From assembly GCA_020718275.1 (NCBI GenBank), contig DYSI01000005.1, forward strand, positions 1-63,480: DNA of 63,480 bases, given 5' to 3'. Position numbers and translations under genes: made by a program. Positions 51,506 to 60,728 of the stretch are shown piece by piece; within the stretch, counting starts at the first letter, position 1; each line of letters begins with the position of its first letter. Source of the DNA: Draconibacterium orientale. GTDB taxonomy: Bacteria; Bacteroidota; Bacteroidia; Bacteroidales; UBA1556. The notes under the pieces are model-generated. The model was given only the letters and a program-made list of their open reading frames with translations, searched no databases and was not told the DNA's origin.

Positions 51506-51697
51506 GTCGAAATATTTTAAGATTAGAAATTAAGGTAATACGTTGACAAATATAATTGATATTTTTGTTCAGTCCTACGCAATCGCTTGGTTTTATTGGA
51601 TTTGTTGAAAAATGAGTCTAATTGTTAATAAATATTGACAAAAAATAGTGTTTTATAATTATTTTTTTAAATCCCTTGCTATCATTAGGTTTGCCGT

Positions 51698-52651
51698 TTA
51701 TTGCCATTTCCAATCCATTTTTGAATTGAAGCCTCTTAAAAATGCATCAATTGGCATTCTTTTTTTGTTTTGTAATTGTAGATCATGTACATATAAACTG
51801 CCATCATCAAATCCTAATTTTAAAAAGTTTTTTCGGTCAGTGGTGACTTTTCCCGCTTTATTTTCTTCTTTCACAAAACTTGTTTTAAAGATCTTGAGAT
51901 ATAACTCCTCATTTTCATCATTCAGAATTTTCACAAAGGCAGTCGGGTAGGGGCTAAGCCCTTTTACCAATCGATGGGCTGATTCCACCGTTTGGGCGTA
52001 TTGAAGGTGACCATCTTCTTTAAATATTTTAGGAGCTGATTTAAGACTAATTCCGCTAGGGCAAAACTGAGATTGATCTATGAGTTGTACTTCTCCTTCA
52101 TCAATAAGGTCGCAGGTTTTAATAACAATTGCTTTGCTTATCTCCATTAAACGATCGTGTAGATCTCCTGCGGTATCTTCTGGACCGATGGTTACTTTAT
52201 GTTGCAGGATAATCCGACCTGTATCGATTTCCTCGTCAATTATAAAGGTGGTGAGTCCACTTAGGGTTTCGCCGTTGATGATAGCGTGATTGATAGGTGC
52301 AGCGCCACGATATTGAGGCAGTAGGGAAGCATGAATATTGAAGGTTCCTTTTGCTGGAATTGTCCAAACTGATTTTGGAAGCATTCTAAAAGCGACTACT
52401 ACAAAAACATCAGCTTGCCATTCTCTTAATTGCTCAATGAAGCTAGGGTTGCTTAGTTTTTCTGGCTGCAAAAGGGGGAGTGAGTATTGCAATGCATAAT
52501 CTTTTACGGCGCTGGTGGATAATTGTTTTCCTCTCCCAGCTGGTTTATCGGGGGTGGTTACCACACCAACCAATTGGTGCTTGCTATGGTTTAATGAATC
52601 AAGGGCTGCCACTGCAAATTCAGGTGTGCCCATGAAAGCAATTTTCAGCAT
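51698..52651 (-). CDS. fmt: Methionyl-tRNA formyltransferase
   Basis: FMGTPEFA, PD.PAGRG, NIHASLLP.YRGAAPI, DTG. Confidence 0.97.
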   Translation of the reverse strand: MLKIAFMGTPEFAVAALDSLNHSKHQLVGVVTTPDKPAGRGKQLSTSAVKDYALQYSLPLLQPEKLSNPSFIEQLREWQADVFVVVAFRMLPKSVWTIPAKGTFNIHASLLPQYRGAAPINHAIINGETLSGLTTFIIDEEIDTGRIILQHKVTIGPEDTAGDLHDRLMEISKAIVIKTCDLIDEGEVQLIDQSQFCPSGISLKSAPKIFKEDGHLQYAQTVESAHRLVKGLSPYPTAFVKILNDENEELYLKIFKTSFVKEENKAGKVTTDRKNFLKLGFDDGSLYVHDLQLQNKKRMPIDAFLRGFNSKMDWKWQ

Positions 52652-52654
52652 GGT

Positions 52655-53149
52655 TTATTTTTTTGATATTTCGTTTTGTAAACTAATCATTTTGAGGGCG
52701 GTGATAGCGGCTTCGCTTCCTTTATTGCCATGTTTTCCGCCAGCGCGGTCTAGGGCTTGCTGCATATTGTCGGTGGTTAATACCCCAAAAATTACGGGGA
52801 TTCCACTTTGTAAATTAAGTTGAGCAATGGCATTGGCACTTGCATTACAGATAAAATCGAAATGTCGGGTTTCGCCCTGAATAACGCAGCCTAAACATAA
52901 TACAGCATCAACCTTTGCATGCTTTATGAGCATCTGAGCTCCTAAGGCTAATTCAAAAGTCCCGGGTACGTATTTTACTATAATTTGATCTTGCGATAAT
53001 TCATGTTTTTCGAGTAACTGGATTGCACCATTTGCAAGTGCATTGGTGATTTCTATGTTCCATTCGGAAACTAGGATTCCTATTTTTGCCCTCTGGATGC
53101 TTAGCGGGCTTTCTTGGTATTCTGATAAATTCTTATGTGTGCTAGCCAT
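52655..53149 (-). CDS. ribH: 6,7-dimethyl-8-ribityllumazine synthase
   Basis: SEWN.EI, VPG.FEL, G.VIQGETRHF, FGVLT, GNKG.EAA; start set at ATG 53149. Confidence 0.96.
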   Translation of the reverse strand: MASTHKNLSEYQESPLSIQRAKIGILVSEWNIEITNALANGAIQLLEKHELSQDQIIVKYVPGTFELALGAQMLIKHAKVDAVLCLGCVIQGETRHFDFICNASANAIAQLNLQSGIPVIFGVLTTDNMQQALDRAGGKHGNKGSEAAITALKMISLQNEISKK

Positions 53150-53180
53150 TTTATGTTGTTTTATTGGGTTCAAAAATAAA

Positions 53181-53214
53181 CAAAAAAGGTCGAGTTATAG
53201 CTCGACCTTTTTTG
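53181..53214 (-). terminator. Strong hairpin (terminator or attenuator) between the TPR gene and ribH
   Basis: CAAAAAAGGTCGAG / CTCGACCTTTTTTG 14-bp perfect stem. Confidence 0.8.
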
Positions 53215-53229
53215 TAATACGTTACTTTT

Positions 53230-53952
53230 TTACTTGGCAAGAATCGCTTCTTCTCGGGCAATGTATTTTTTAATTTCGTAGTATTCTTGACTTCTGAGAT
53301 ATTTATTTTTGATTTCGTTATAGGTTTCAAGTGCTTTTTGGTGGTTGCCTAGGAGGGCATAAGTCATCCCTGCTTTCTTCAAGAGCATTGGGCTAATAAA
53401 CTCATTATCATTCATGTGAGCACCTTTTAAGTATAATTCTACAGCTTTTTCGGTATTTCCTAATTCCATTTGGCAATCTCCCATAACTCCGATAGACATT
53501 GGTTTTACGTTTAGATCATCGCTGTCAAAATCTTCTAAATAATCAATAGCATTTTGATAGTATTCTTTAGCGGTTTCGGTAGAGTCTTTTTGGGCAATTT
53601 TGAAATAACAGATACCTGCATAGTAACGTGCCAAATTGCCACTTTTGGTTGAGCCGTAATCATCAATGATTTCAAGGAATCCAGGGTATTCACCGCTTCC
53701 GTTTAAGGCTAGGTCAATACTATCTTGGTTAAAATATTCTTCGGCATGCCAGATGGTGTTAAAAGCCTCTTCTTCATTAGGAATACGAATGTACTTGTTG
53801 TAGCCCATAATCAGCAACACTACGGCAAATATTCCAATAATTCCATAACTTAGATAATTCTTATTCTTTTCAACAAATCGCTCGGTTTTGCTGATTGCTT
53901 CTTCAATATTTGCCAGATTTTCCTCTGTATGTTCGAACTTATTCTTAGCCAT
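53230..53952 (-). CDS. Membrane-anchored TPR protein (YfgM-like)
   Basis: Single TM then TPRs; ALNG....GF..I...Y..TK.GNLA.YYAG; -7 TACTTTTG at 53985-53992. Confidence 0.8.
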   Translation of the reverse strand: MAKNKFEHTEENLANIEEAISKTERFVEKNKNYLSYGIIGIFAVVLLIMGYNKYIRIPNEEEAFNTIWHAEEYFNQDSIDLALNGSGEYPGFLEIIDDYGSTKSGNLARYYAGICYFKIAQKDSTETAKEYYQNAIDYLEDFDSDDLNVKPMSIGVMGDCQMELGNTEKAVELYLKGAHMNDNEFISPMLLKKAGMTYALLGNHQKALETYNEIKNKYLRSQEYYEIKKYIAREEAILAK

Positions 53953-54071
53953 TCGTATTATATCTTAATAAATTTTTAATCGTGCAAAAGTAGATTATTT
54001 TACAATATAGAAATCAATCGAAATTTAAAAAACTTTTATTAGTTTAAATCTCAGTGTTTCAAATTAGTAGC

Positions 54072-54752
54072 TTATTTATGTTTTTTCTTAAATGGTTTTT
54101 GGGCTATGCTGGGTTTTGGCCGCACAAACTTTTTAGGTTTTGCTCTTTTAGCGTCGGCGCTGGGTTTTACACTTGCTAAATTGGATTGCAATTTTTTCAA
54201 AATCACATTGGAAGAAATAAGTTCTGTTCCTTCTGCAAGTTTAAGTCTTCCTTTAGTAATTACTTTAATATGCTCTTCAATCACATCGTCGCCAACGATA
54301 TTTTTATTCCAGTTGATATACATTTCTTTCATTTGATTTGCCATAATAAGCAGGAGTTGATCTCGTTCTGGACCTTCTTCACGCTCGGCAAGTGCCCGCA
54401 ATACTAATTCGGTATTTTGACCGTAAAAACGGTAATGTATTTTATTGGTTTTGTATTCAAGATGGACAGGACGATCTTCTGCATTTTCAATTTTATGCAC
54501 TTCGTATGGATAATCAATGTCGAGTTTGAAATCGGATATTGCAAAAAGATGATTCCATAATTTCTTATAGTATTCATCGTTGGTAGTTTCTGGTGGATTA
54601 ACTTGTTGCATAACCGATACAATAATGAACGCTAATTTGGTTCGTTTGTTACGGTCTTCAATCGTTAAGGCATATTCAACTAAATTTTGAACATTGCGCC
54701 CGTATTCACGAATTACCATGCTGGGCCTAGTGGTATTATAATCTCTTTCCAT
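54072..54752 (-). CDS. DUF4290 family protein
   Basis: YNT.R..M...EYGR.VQ, KLW.HL..IS.F.LDID.PY, YG, AN.MK; basic tail. Confidence 0.85.
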   Translation of the reverse strand: MERDYNTTRPSMVIREYGRNVQNLVEYALTIEDRNKRTKLAFIIVSVMQQVNPPETTNDEYYKKLWNHLFAISDFKLDIDYPYEVHKIENAEDRPVHLEYKTNKIHYRFYGQNTELVLRALAEREEGPERDQLLLIMANQMKEMYINWNKNIVGDDVIEEHIKVITKGRLKLAEGTELISSNVILKKLQSNLASVKPSADAKRAKPKKFVRPKPSIAQKPFKKKHK

Positions 54753-54821
54753 ATATCTAAATTATCGGCTGCAAAACTAAGCTAAAATATTTAATTAATA
54801 CTTTAGGATTGTTTTGAAGGT

Positions 54822-57128
54822 TTACTGTTTAAGAATTTTGAGTTTTGCAAATTTTAATAAAAGGTTTTTAGTTCCTGAGTTATTGAAGAATACGGTAGCT
54901 TTGCGATCGGCGCCAATACCTTCAAGGGTAAGGACTTTGCCTCTTCCAAAGCGGTCATGAAAAACTTCCATTCCCACTTGTATACTTTCAGATTGGTCGG
55001 TAGAGGTTCCGTTGTGGCTCTGGCTCATTCTTCGCAAATTGCTTGGCACAGCCTCTGGGGCTTTTACTTCGTTACTTTTGGGTTTTTCGTAGAATGACGC
55101 CTTGGATTTGGCTTCGGCGGATGTTTTGATAGTTGGTTTTGCGGTTAATATTCTGTCAGAGGTTTGGTCGTCGATATATTGAGGGTCTAGTTCCTCGATA
55201 AAACGGCTGGGTTCGGAATATTGTAAATTTCCCCACTTAAATCTGCTTTCGGAATAGCTAAGGAACACTCTTTTTTCGCCACGGGTGATGGCTACATAGA
55301 ATAGTCGGCGTTCTTCTTCTATTTCGGCTCTTGAATTGAGTGATAGGAGTGAAGGGAAAAGGTTTTCCTCCAAACCAACAATAAAAACGTAAGGAAATTC
55401 AAGTCCCTTGGAGGCGTGAATGGTCATCAGGGTAACGTATTCACCGTCGATTTTACTTTTTTCGTCGGCATCAGTATGCAAGGCAATATCTTGCATGAAC
55501 TCACTGAGTGTACGGATATTACCAGCTCCAACTTCATCGTTTTCAAGTTCTGAAAATTCTTTTATAGCCGAGAGCAATTCTTCCATATTTTCAAATCGCA
55601 TGACGCCTTCGTCCTCGTCTTTTGCATGATACATAGTGGAATATATACCTGAATGTTTGGTAATATGCTCCGCAAGTTCGTAAGCGTTTTTGATATTAAG
55701 ATCAAGTCTGAAAGCCCGAATCATATTCACAAATTCCAAAATAGTAAGGGCGGCACTTCGGGCAATGATGGGGTTTGATTCCAGCCGTTCGAGTAAAGCC
55801 CATAGCGAAATATTTAGCCGATTAGCTTCTATGCGTAACTTTTCGATACTGGTTTGACCAATTCCTCTTTTGGGGTAATTGATAACTCTCAAGAGGGCTT
55901 CTTCGTCGTGAGGATTAATGACAAGCCTGAAATAGGCCAGAATATCTTTAATTTCCTTGCGACTATAAAAGGATAGTCCTCCAAAAATGCGATAGGGAAT
56001 ATTCATTTTGCGCAAGCCCTCTTCTATTGATCTAGATTGGGCATTAGTACGATAAAGAATGGCAAATTCAGAGTCTTTGGCTTGCTCGTTATTTTTAATG
56101 TCGAAAATAGTTCGCGCTACTAAACTTCCTTCCTCATTGTCGCTTAAGGTGGAGTGTAGGGTGATTTTTTCGCCTGTGCTATTTTCTGTCCAAATCGTTT
56201 TGTGAATTTGCTTTTTGTTTTGGCTAATGATGGCATTGGCAATTCCCACTATGTTTTTAGTAGAGCGGTAGTTTTGTTCTAATTTATAGGTGTTAAGCTG
56301 AGGGTAATCTTTGTTGAGATTAAGAATATTTTGAATGTTTGCGCCTCTGAAGGCGTAAATGCTTTGGGCATCATCTCCAACCACAGTTAAGTTTTCGTTT
56401 TGTGCTGCAAGTCTCTTTACGATAAGGTATTGTGAGTGATTGGTGTCCTGGTACTCGTCTACTAAAAAGTATTTGAAACGTCTTTGATATTTGATAAGCA
56501 CATCCGGAAAATCGCGAAGAAGTACGTTGGTATTGAAAAGTAAATCATCGAAGTCCATGGAAGCAGCTTTACGCAATCGCTCTTGATATAAGGTGTAAAT
56601 CATTCCCATTTTTCCTCTGCCACTGTCTTTGTCGGCTTGGGTTAACTCGGGATTATTGTTGTATTCTGCGGCCGATATTAGATTGTTTTTGGCACTGGAT
56701 ATTCTTCCTAAAACATTGCTTGCTTTGTACACCTTATCATCTAATTGTTGCTCTTTCACAATTTTCTTGATGATACTTTTACTATCGTCGGTATCGTATA
56801 TGGTAAAGTTATTTGGAAATCCTATTTTTTCGGATTCAATGCGTAAAATGCGTGCGAAAATGGAATGAAAAGTACCCATCCAAACGTTACGAGCTTCGGT
56901 GCTCTCAACCAATTGCTGAATTCTATTTTGCATTTCACGGGCTGCCTTATTGGTAAAAGTAAGCGCCATGATGCTAAAGGGGTCAACGCCTCGATGAATC
57001 AAATAGGCTATTTTGTAGGTAAGTACTCTGGTTTTGCCCGAGCCTGCTCCTGCAATAATCATACTGGGTCCTTCGGTTTGTTTTACAGCAAATTGCTGTT
57101 CTTCGTTCAATTGTTCTAATAAATTCAT
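54822..57128 (-). CDS. uvrD: UvrD/PcrA ATP-dependent DNA helicase
   Basis: AGAGSGKT, TFTNKAA, DEYQD, VGDDAQSIY.FRGA, QNYRS, TIHASKGLEF, EERRLFYVA.TR; -7 TATCTTTG at 57269-57276. Confidence 0.96.
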   Translation of the reverse strand: MNLLEQLNEEQQFAVKQTEGPSMIIAGAGSGKTRVLTYKIAYLIHRGVDPFSIMALTFTNKAAREMQNRIQQLVESTEARNVWMGTFHSIFARILRIESEKIGFPNNFTIYDTDDSKSIIKKIVKEQQLDDKVYKASNVLGRISSAKNNLISAAEYNNNPELTQADKDSGRGKMGMIYTLYQERLRKAASMDFDDLLFNTNVLLRDFPDVLIKYQRRFKYFLVDEYQDTNHSQYLIVKRLAAQNENLTVVGDDAQSIYAFRGANIQNILNLNKDYPQLNTYKLEQNYRSTKNIVGIANAIISQNKKQIHKTIWTENSTGEKITLHSTLSDNEEGSLVARTIFDIKNNEQAKDSEFAILYRTNAQSRSIEEGLRKMNIPYRIFGGLSFYSRKEIKDILAYFRLVINPHDEEALLRVINYPKRGIGQTSIEKLRIEANRLNISLWALLERLESNPIIARSAALTILEFVNMIRAFRLDLNIKNAYELAEHITKHSGIYSTMYHAKDEDEGVMRFENMEELLSAIKEFSELENDEVGAGNIRTLSEFMQDIALHTDADEKSKIDGEYVTLMTIHASKGLEFPYVFIVGLEENLFPSLLSLNSRAEIEEERRLFYVAITRGEKRVFLSYSESRFKWGNLQYSEPSRFIEELDPQYIDDQTSDRILTAKPTIKTSAEAKSKASFYEKPKSNEVKAPEAVPSNLRRMSQSHNGTSTDQSESIQVGMEVFHDRFGRGKVLTLEGIGADRKATVFFNNSGTKNLLLKFAKLKILKQ

Positions 57129-57509
57129 TTAGTAGCTTATGTCGATAGAATACGGTAAACAATTTGCGATTAATTCAAAACCAATAACAATAAATCATTA
57201 GATTATTGATAGCTAAATGCCTTATATTGTTTAAATTATACAGTAAATATGTTCATTTTTTTCCTGTACAAAGATAGTTAAATACTATTACTAGTCAGCA
57301 TGATAGATTTATAGGTTTCATTATTATTTTATCCTTAGGAGGTTATTCTGCTTTTCATCTTTGTTAAGTTGTTGGTTGATGGTTTTTTAGTTCAAATATT
57401 TGCTTTAATTCTGGCTGTTTTTTTAACTTAATATTTTAGTATTGATGGAAGTAGCTTAACCTTAGAATGCGGTTATCACTATTGCTTGGCACTCAACGCA
57501 TTTTTAATC

Positions 57510-57603
57510 CTACACCATATATTTTTTAAAAGGTATTTTACCTAGTCGAATTAGGTATTATAGCCCTCATTTAATGAGCGCTGGCTGGTGTAGTTTTGCT
57601 TTT
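57510..57603 (+). ncRNA. Candidate structured RNA element (multi-branch hairpin), family unknown
   Basis: Outer stem CTACACCA / TGGTGTAG enclosing TACCTA / TAGGTA and CTCATT / AATGAG hairpins; T-rich tail. Folded by eye only. Confidence 0.3.
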
Positions 57604-57621
57604 AAATAAAAATATAAATCC

Positions 57622-57708
57622 ATGAAAGGTTTAATCGCATTGTTCAAATTATCGCTCATCGGCTCAGTGGTGATGCTTCTTTGTATGTTTTTGTCGATTT
57701 ATTTCTAA
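57622..57708 (+). CDS. Unannotated 28-aa hydrophobic small protein MKGLIALFKLSLIGSVVMLLCMFLSIYF
   Basis: ATG..TAA read directly; AT-rich leader TAAATAAAAATATAAATCC; TAGTTTTG -7 match at 57591-57598; + strand terminator downstream. Confidence 0.5.
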   Translation: MKGLIALFKLSLIGSVVMLLCMFLSIYF

Positions 57709-57951
57709 TTCCTTGTTTCGTTGAAAGAAGTAAATTATGAAGTAAAATTATCTCAAAAGCGACATTTAGCATAGGGAGTCGGCTAATTATAAATTGAATT
57801 TTAAGTGCTTACGTTTTATTGAAAAACGCTAAGTTGAAATGAGAGAATTATAAATAAATGAAGAATTTTGCGCCAATATTCTAAAGCAAAATAGTGAAAA
57901 TTACGTGGACACTCAATAAAAAGCGTAATGGTTGTTTTTTAGTTCGGTAGT

Positions 57952-57992
57952 GAAACTCTATTCCTTTTGGTAATAGGGTTTCCTTTTTTTTT
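57952..57992 (+). terminator. + strand intrinsic terminator
   Basis: GAAACTCTATT / AATAGGGTTTC stem (one G-U) followed by C and nine T. Confidence 0.8.
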
Positions 57993-58030
57993 GGTTATTA
58001 AAACCTTTGGCGAATTAGTTCACTAGAATC

Positions 58031-59320
58031 TTACTCTTCGATAGCGGAAAATTCTAATTGATTGTATCCAAAGCTTCTATTGAAAACAATATTCGTGGCG
58101 CCTAGATTATCGATTATATATTTTTTGCAAGAGGTTTCTATTCTATTAAACTGGAGATTGTTCTGGAACAAGTCGATCAAAGTTTCATTTAATTCGGACG
58201 TATTATTTACACAAAAAGCTGCCTTTAGTTGAATCAAGTCGATTGCTTCTTTAAATTTTCGGTAGTTCGGGCCAAAAATTATTGGTTTACCAAAACAGGC
58301 AGCCTCCAAAATATTATGGATACCAGCCCCGAAACCACCTCCAATATATGCAATATCAGCGTATTGGTAGAGATGCATAAGACTTCCAACCGAATCGATT
58401 AGCAGTATTTTTGATTCATGGGCATAATTGGGTTGTTTGCTTATTTCTGACCAACGAATTGGTTTCAATTCTTTAAATAGGTGCTCGATTGATTGCAAGT
58501 GACTTTCGTCTACTTCGTGGGGTGCAATAATCAGTTTAATAGTTTCTTGGGGTAAAATTGTTTCAAAAAGGGAACTTGAAATAGCCCTCTGTAGTAGCTG
58601 TTCATCTTTTTTCCAAGTGCTTCCTGCAATGATTACGCGGCTATTTTTACAAAATTGAAATACTGAATCAAACTGATTAGGCAGCAATGTATTACTATAC
58701 ACCCTGTCGAATCGTGTATCGCCGCTTACACTCACATTTTGAAGTCCAACTTCTAATAGTAACCTCATCGATTGTTGGTCTTGAAGAAAAATATGCTCAA
58801 AGTAACCAAGTTTATCCTTAAACCACTTAGCATACGATTTAAAAAAGTATTGTTTTGGTCTGAAAATGCCTGAGAGTAAGTAAAGTGGTATATTTCGTTG
58901 GTGTAATTCGATGATATAATTGTACCAAAATTCGTATTTAACGAAAAAGACGATTTCGGGTTGGATGATTTGGATAAAATCGCGAGCGTTTTTTGGTGTG
59001 TCGATTGGTAGATAATAGATGTAATCTGCCAAGGGATAGTTTTTTCGAAGTTCGTAGCCTGAGGGAGAGAAGAATGTGACGAGTATTTTTTTGTGTGGAT
59101 ATTCTTTTTTAATCCTTTCAATCAGGGGGCGTGCTTGCTCAAATTCTCCGACTGATGCACTATGTATCCAAACGATGTAGCCAGGTCTAAGCTCTTTTTT
59201 AATTTTATGTAACAGTCCTTTACGTCCTTCTATCCATTTTGAAGCCTTGGAGTTGAAATGCGAAGCAAACCAAACGAGTAGGTAGTAAAAATATACAGTT
59301 AAAGAATAAAAGTGTCTCAT
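58031..59320 (-). CDS. waaA: 3-deoxy-D-manno-octulosonic acid transferase
   Basis: WIHSASVGEFEQ, TFFSPSG, KYEFW, GDTRFD, AGSTW, APH, GGGF..GIHN.LEAA; -7 TAAATTTG at 59343-59350. Confidence 0.95.
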   Translation of the reverse strand: MRHFYSLTVYFYYLLVWFASHFNSKASKWIEGRKGLLHKIKKELRPGYIVWIHSASVGEFEQARPLIERIKKEYPHKKILVTFFSPSGYELRKNYPLADYIYYLPIDTPKNARDFIQIIQPEIVFFVKYEFWYNYIIELHQRNIPLYLLSGIFRPKQYFFKSYAKWFKDKLGYFEHIFLQDQQSMRLLLEVGLQNVSVSGDTRFDRVYSNTLLPNQFDSVFQFCKNSRVIIAGSTWKKDEQLLQRAISSSLFETILPQETIKLIIAPHEVDESHLQSIEHLFKELKPIRWSEISKQPNYAHESKILLIDSVGSLMHLYQYADIAYIGGGFGAGIHNILEAACFGKPIIFGPNYRKFKEAIDLIQLKAAFCVNNTSELNETLIDLFQNNLQFNRIETSCKKYIIDNLGATNIVFNRSFGYNQLEFSAIEE

Positions 59321-59347
59321 TAAACCGAGAATATTTGACCGGCAAAT

Positions 59348-60106
59348 TTAATAATAATAATAAGCTTTTGGTGCTTTATTATAAAAAGGAATTATCCACC
59401 CTACTTTAAAAGCCGCGAGTAAATCTAGTTGTTGTTTTAAATTTTGGTCGGTGAAGTCCGCATTGTAAGATCTGCGATTTTGAGTAAATGCTTGTGTAAA
59501 CTCAATGCCCAAATAGAAATTAGTAAGATTCTTATTCCCCAAAAAGCGATAACCAATAAATTGTGAAATGCTGGAGCCATTAGTAAGCCGATCATACATT
59601 TTTAGATAGTTATCTTTGATTTGTGGAGCAGTGAATCCTGGATTTTCGATTCGAACATGATATTGCATAAAACCAAATCCCACTTGTATAAAAGGGCCAC
59701 TATTGGGGTTTGGAGACCAAAAGTGAAATTGATAGCCAGCGAAACCTTGTAAATTAAAACCGCGCTCGTATAAAAAAACCTCGGCATACATTCCATTGCC
59801 ATCGATAATATAGCCTTTACTGTTTTTTATATCTTGAAAATAGGAGTCTTGATTCAATACGTGATCACTAAAGTAGTATTCAAATCCTAAGCCGAGGATG
59901 ATTTGATTTTTAAACTTAAAAGTCAAATCAGTTCCTACAGCATGATGGTTGCCAAAAGTATTAGCCATGTCGCCTCCAACCACATGAAAGGCGTAATTAG
60001 CACCTAGCGAAGGAATAAAAATGGAAGAATCGGTATGACTTATTTGCGCTAAAGCGTTGAAAAAGAAGCTGTTCAGTATTAATGTAAATAGTAAAATTCT
60101 ATTCAT
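59348..60106 (-). CDS. Hypothetical outer membrane beta-barrel protein
   Basis: Signal peptide; alternating aromatic/Gly strands; aromatic C-terminus YYYY. Confidence 0.6.
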   Translation of the reverse strand: MNRILLFTLILNSFFFNALAQISHTDSSIFIPSLGANYAFHVVGGDMANTFGNHHAVGTDLTFKFKNQIILGLGFEYYFSDHVLNQDSYFQDIKNSKGYIIDGNGMYAEVFLYERGFNLQGFAGYQFHFWSPNPNSGPFIQVGFGFMQYHVRIENPGFTAPQIKDNYLKMYDRLTNGSSISQFIGYRFLGNKNLTNFYLGIEFTQAFTQNRRSYNADFTDQNLKQQLDLLAAFKVGWIIPFYNKAPKAYYYY

Positions 60107-60221
60107 AATGTTTATAAGGCGGATTTGAAAACCTACTGCAAATTAACGGAAACAAATGCTTGATGTTGCGTAAGCGTTAAAAATATCCGAATATTCGATT
60201 TCAAAAATAGTCGAAACTATT

Positions 60222-60695
60222 TTATGAATGATGATAGGGTTCGTTTTTTAAAATAGTCATGGCTCTGTATGTTTGTTCAAGCAGCAGCAAACGAATCATT
60301 TGGTGCGAGAAGGTCATTTTAGAAAGGGCAATTTTTTGTTGGGCAATTTGATAGACAGCTTGACTAAATCCATAAGGTCCACCAATAACGAGGCATAAAC
60401 TTTTAAGTCCGCTATTCATTTTCTGTTGTAAATATTGTGCAAATTCTACACTGCGATACTCTTTACCTTGCTCATCCAACAAAACTACAAAATCAGCATT
60501 TTCAATAGCTGCTAATATTTGTTCTCCTTCTTTAATCTTTTGCATTTCAACGCTTAATGATTTTAGGTTTTTTAAAGAAGGGATGGTAATTATCTCTATT
60601 GGAAGGTAATTTTGAAGTCGCTGGAGATACTCATTATTGGCTTGAATTAAGTAGTCGACATCGGTTTTGCCAACGAAAATTAGTTTGAGTTTCAT
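60222..60695 (-). CDS. rlmH: 23S rRNA pseudouridine-1915 N3-methyltransferase
   Basis: VGKT, LDE.G, IGGPYG, LS.MTFSHQM.R....EQ.YRA.TI....PYH. Confidence 0.97.
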   Translation of the reverse strand: MKLKLIFVGKTDVDYLIQANNEYLQRLQNYLPIEIITIPSLKNLKSLSVEMQKIKEGEQILAAIENADFVVLLDEQGKEYRSVEFAQYLQQKMNSGLKSLCLVIGGPYGFSQAVYQIAQQKIALSKMTFSHQMIRLLLLEQTYRAMTILKNEPYHHS

Positions 60696-60728
60696 TTGGT
60701 GTTTTAGCGTGAAAGCTTGTTTTTTAGA

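Noticed and set aside
57738-57884. Micro-ORFs MK*, MREL* and MKNFAPIF* downstream of the 28-aa ORF
   Set aside because: Too short to tell from chance
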